This document shows, piece by piece, positions 61,735-64,000 of a stretch of DNA of 64,000 bases. Position numbers and translations under genes: made by a program. Source of the stretch: Vermamoeba vermiformis (Eukaryota); assembly GCA_045837725.1 (NCBI GenBank), contig JBEWZL010000162.1, positions 62,001 through 126,000 of the forward strand, given 5' to 3'. The notes under the pieces are model-generated. The model was given only the letters and a program-made list of their open reading frames with translations. It was not told the origin of the DNA and did no database searches. Numbering within the stretch: the stretch's first letter is position 1; each line of letters opens with the position of its first letter.

Positions 61735-64000
61735 ATGGACCACAATCTAAAAGCTAATTCGCAGAAAAGAAAACGGGATAGCAATGAGGTGCCGAATAAA
61801 AAACGAAAAATCGCGGATGAAGGGTAGGAAGTCAGTTAAAAAATTCCCTAAAATAAAATTAATTAATGCGTATTCATTAGAATTAGAGTAACGAATATTT
61901 CAGACAAAAATACACGCGTAGAAGAACATAAGAAATTTTCGATTGATCCCAACGTGCGCTATTTGAACTACGAAGGTACGCCTCTTCCTTCGAAGGAGAA
62001 GCCAATCTAACAGTTATTAGGCGCAGGAATTATCCGTTCGCCGGATTTTTTTACTGGAGCAAAGGCTCCGTTATTGACTCACCTTAACATCAGCCGTAAT
62101 GAACTATCTGCAAAACAGTGCGAGGAGCTTGGTGTATTAATAGCTAACTGCAGACAGCTCGAATTATTTAACGCTCGATGTACGAGTATAATGCAGCAAT
62201 TATGACTGATAACACTATTATTATCAGCGATGGGAAAATCCGATTTGAAAGGTTTATTGCCGCAATTGAAATTCCTCAAACGGCTGAAAATACTTGATCT
62301 CAGTGGTAAGTACCACCGTGTAATTAGCTTATTTGAATTAATTCAGGCACCAAGGCTATGAGTTTGACGAAGACGCTATGCAACTTTTTGCTGATTCTAT
62401 TTGTGAATGCCGAAACTTAGAGCACTTGGGTTTATCTGAAAGTCTCCGAGTGGTTGGCTTCAAGAAATTAGTTGCCACGGTATCAAAGTGCCACTCGTTG
62501 AAATACTTGGACTTATCAAAAAGTAAGAGAATACCTATGTTAAAACTGGTGTAACCATTTTTCAGACAAAACCAATCTATGGCTTGACGAACAACTCTAT
62601 GATATCGAGTTTTTACTGACGCATAACTCTTTGGAAGACTTGGATCTGTCATGTATGATTTCTTTAGTTAACAAAATTACTAACAGTCGGAACAGACAAT
62701 GGTTTCACCAACAATGACATCAATTATCTTGCCAAAGCCTTTTCAGAATCTCAACACAGGGCACTGGGGCTCGATGGCAATAGCTTTAACAACGATGGCT
62801 TGGATCAGTTGTTTGATGCCATAGAGTACAACAATTACATTAAGACTTTGAATGTGGATCGTAAGACTATTGCCAATACCTGTCAATCGATTGAATAGGC
62901 TGCCTGACCAGTTCACAGGTATCCCTTTCACTGCTGAAGGATTGGAAATAACCCTCAAAAAGCTACAAAAAAATACATCATTGTGCACGCTACGCATTCT
63001 TTGTAAGTGAACTTCCAGTATCTTTTGTTATTATTATTATTATTAATATTACTTTTCATAGTACCAAGAGGAGTGGAATCGTTGTATGAAGTAATCGAAG
63101 ACTGCATGGATTTAAATTTAAAGCGAACGCATTTTGCAAACGGACATGACGAAGTATCGTTATCAACCAAGCTCAAAATTAGCGAATTGAACCACCAAAT
63201 TGATAGTGAAAATCTTCAGCTACGAAAAAAAGGGGAACGTCTCGAGCAACTCACAAGTTGGAAGTGGCAATATGAGCTACAGCAAAAAAACTGGGAAAAA
63301 CACATGAAAGAGCCCATTAGCTCCTGGAATCACAACACAGTCGAAGAATTTATGAAGGAGATTATGTTGGGTGATTTTGCGCAATATTTCAAAGAGCATG
63401 AAGATTTTAACGGCCAAATGCTGTTACGGATGAACTCTCTTTATCTACACAAAGCTGGTCTAACGTTTGAGCAATCTAAGCGACTTCAAGCATCCCTTTT
63501 CTTGATTCACAACTTTCAAAAGCTGACTAATCCACCACACGTTTTTGAATGGACGAACGATGAAGTCTTGAATTGGCTCAAAGAGAAGAACCTTGGAGAT
63601 TTGAAAGAGTATTTTAAGATATCGCCTCAGGTAAACAACTAACGATAAATTTAAATTAGCGTACTTACTGGATTGTAGTACCTGATAACGGGAAAAGAGC
63701 TGCTGTTCTTGGATAACTACGATTTGATCGATACTTTGCTCTTGGACCCGAAACAAGCAGCGATGGTAGAAGTAGCGATTCAAAGCCTACAGCAAAGTCT
63801 TATCAAGCGCAAAGTCCCTGACCACTTCAAATGTCCGATCACATATGAAGTAATGAAAGACCCTGTGATAGCCAGCGATGGACACACGTACGAACGAAAA
63901 GCCATTGAAGAGTGGTTGCAAAATCACGATCGCTCGCCACTCACAAACGAAAAGCTGCAAGATAAGAAAGTATATCCGTGTCTCTACTTGAAGACCAGCA
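61735..64000 (+). CDS. LRR, coiled coil, two SAM and U-box E3 ligase (3' end truncated by the window)
   Basis: RNI-like LRR exons, SAM-like WNHNTVEEFM and WTNDEVLNWL, and U-box PDHFKCPITYEVMKDPVIASDGHTYERKAIEEWL...SPLTNE. Confidence 0.85.

Noticed and set aside
10971-64000. Ubiquitin/SUMO gene cluster (CSN4, three F-box, SP-RING, U-box)
   Set aside because: These families are large in protists and the genes are interspersed with unrelated ones, so there is no evidence of a unit.
1-64000. Alternative genetic code or stop-codon reassignment
   Set aside because: Conserved genes end normally at TAA, TAG or TGA, and apparent internal stops are explained by introns or single-base shifts.

Overview
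This is gene-dense, AT-rich eukaryotic DNA with short GT-AG introns (GTAAGT/GTACGT donors, CTRAY branch points) and the standard genetic code. It probably comes from an amoebozoan protist, which is an inference from the 5S sequence and gene content. I rebuilt about 27 protein-coding genes by hand across introns. In order they are: two tandem FUSC/ArAE-type membrane proteins, an Lnt-like CN-hydrolase, CSN4, a 65-aa microprotein, PARG, a divergent RPL12, two head-to-head ABCA half-transporters, an F-box/LRR protein, an NAD(P)-binding protein, a second F-box protein, a MaoC dehydratase, an SP-RING SUMO ligase, an orphan, an LRR/F-box protein, a three-copy ankyrin-like family around a GPI-type surface protein, an atypical Rab, a Zn-finger tail-anchored protein, HINT3, aprataxin, a UvrD/Srs2 helicase and a partial LRR-SAM-U-box E3. 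The best candidate for an undescribed system is the ABCA pair: one partner appears fused through an extra TM helix to a PhoD-family domain that has lost several metal ligands. Other highlights are an intact 5S rRNA gene inside a PARG intron, a candidate ~200-nt structured ncRNA, an F-box protein with an IQGAP-type C-terminal domain, and two paralogs whose start codons are only 35 bp apart. Six single-base +1 frameshifts are most likely assembly errors. All calls come from manual reading and remembered motifs; no database searches were run, and exon boundaries are approximate.
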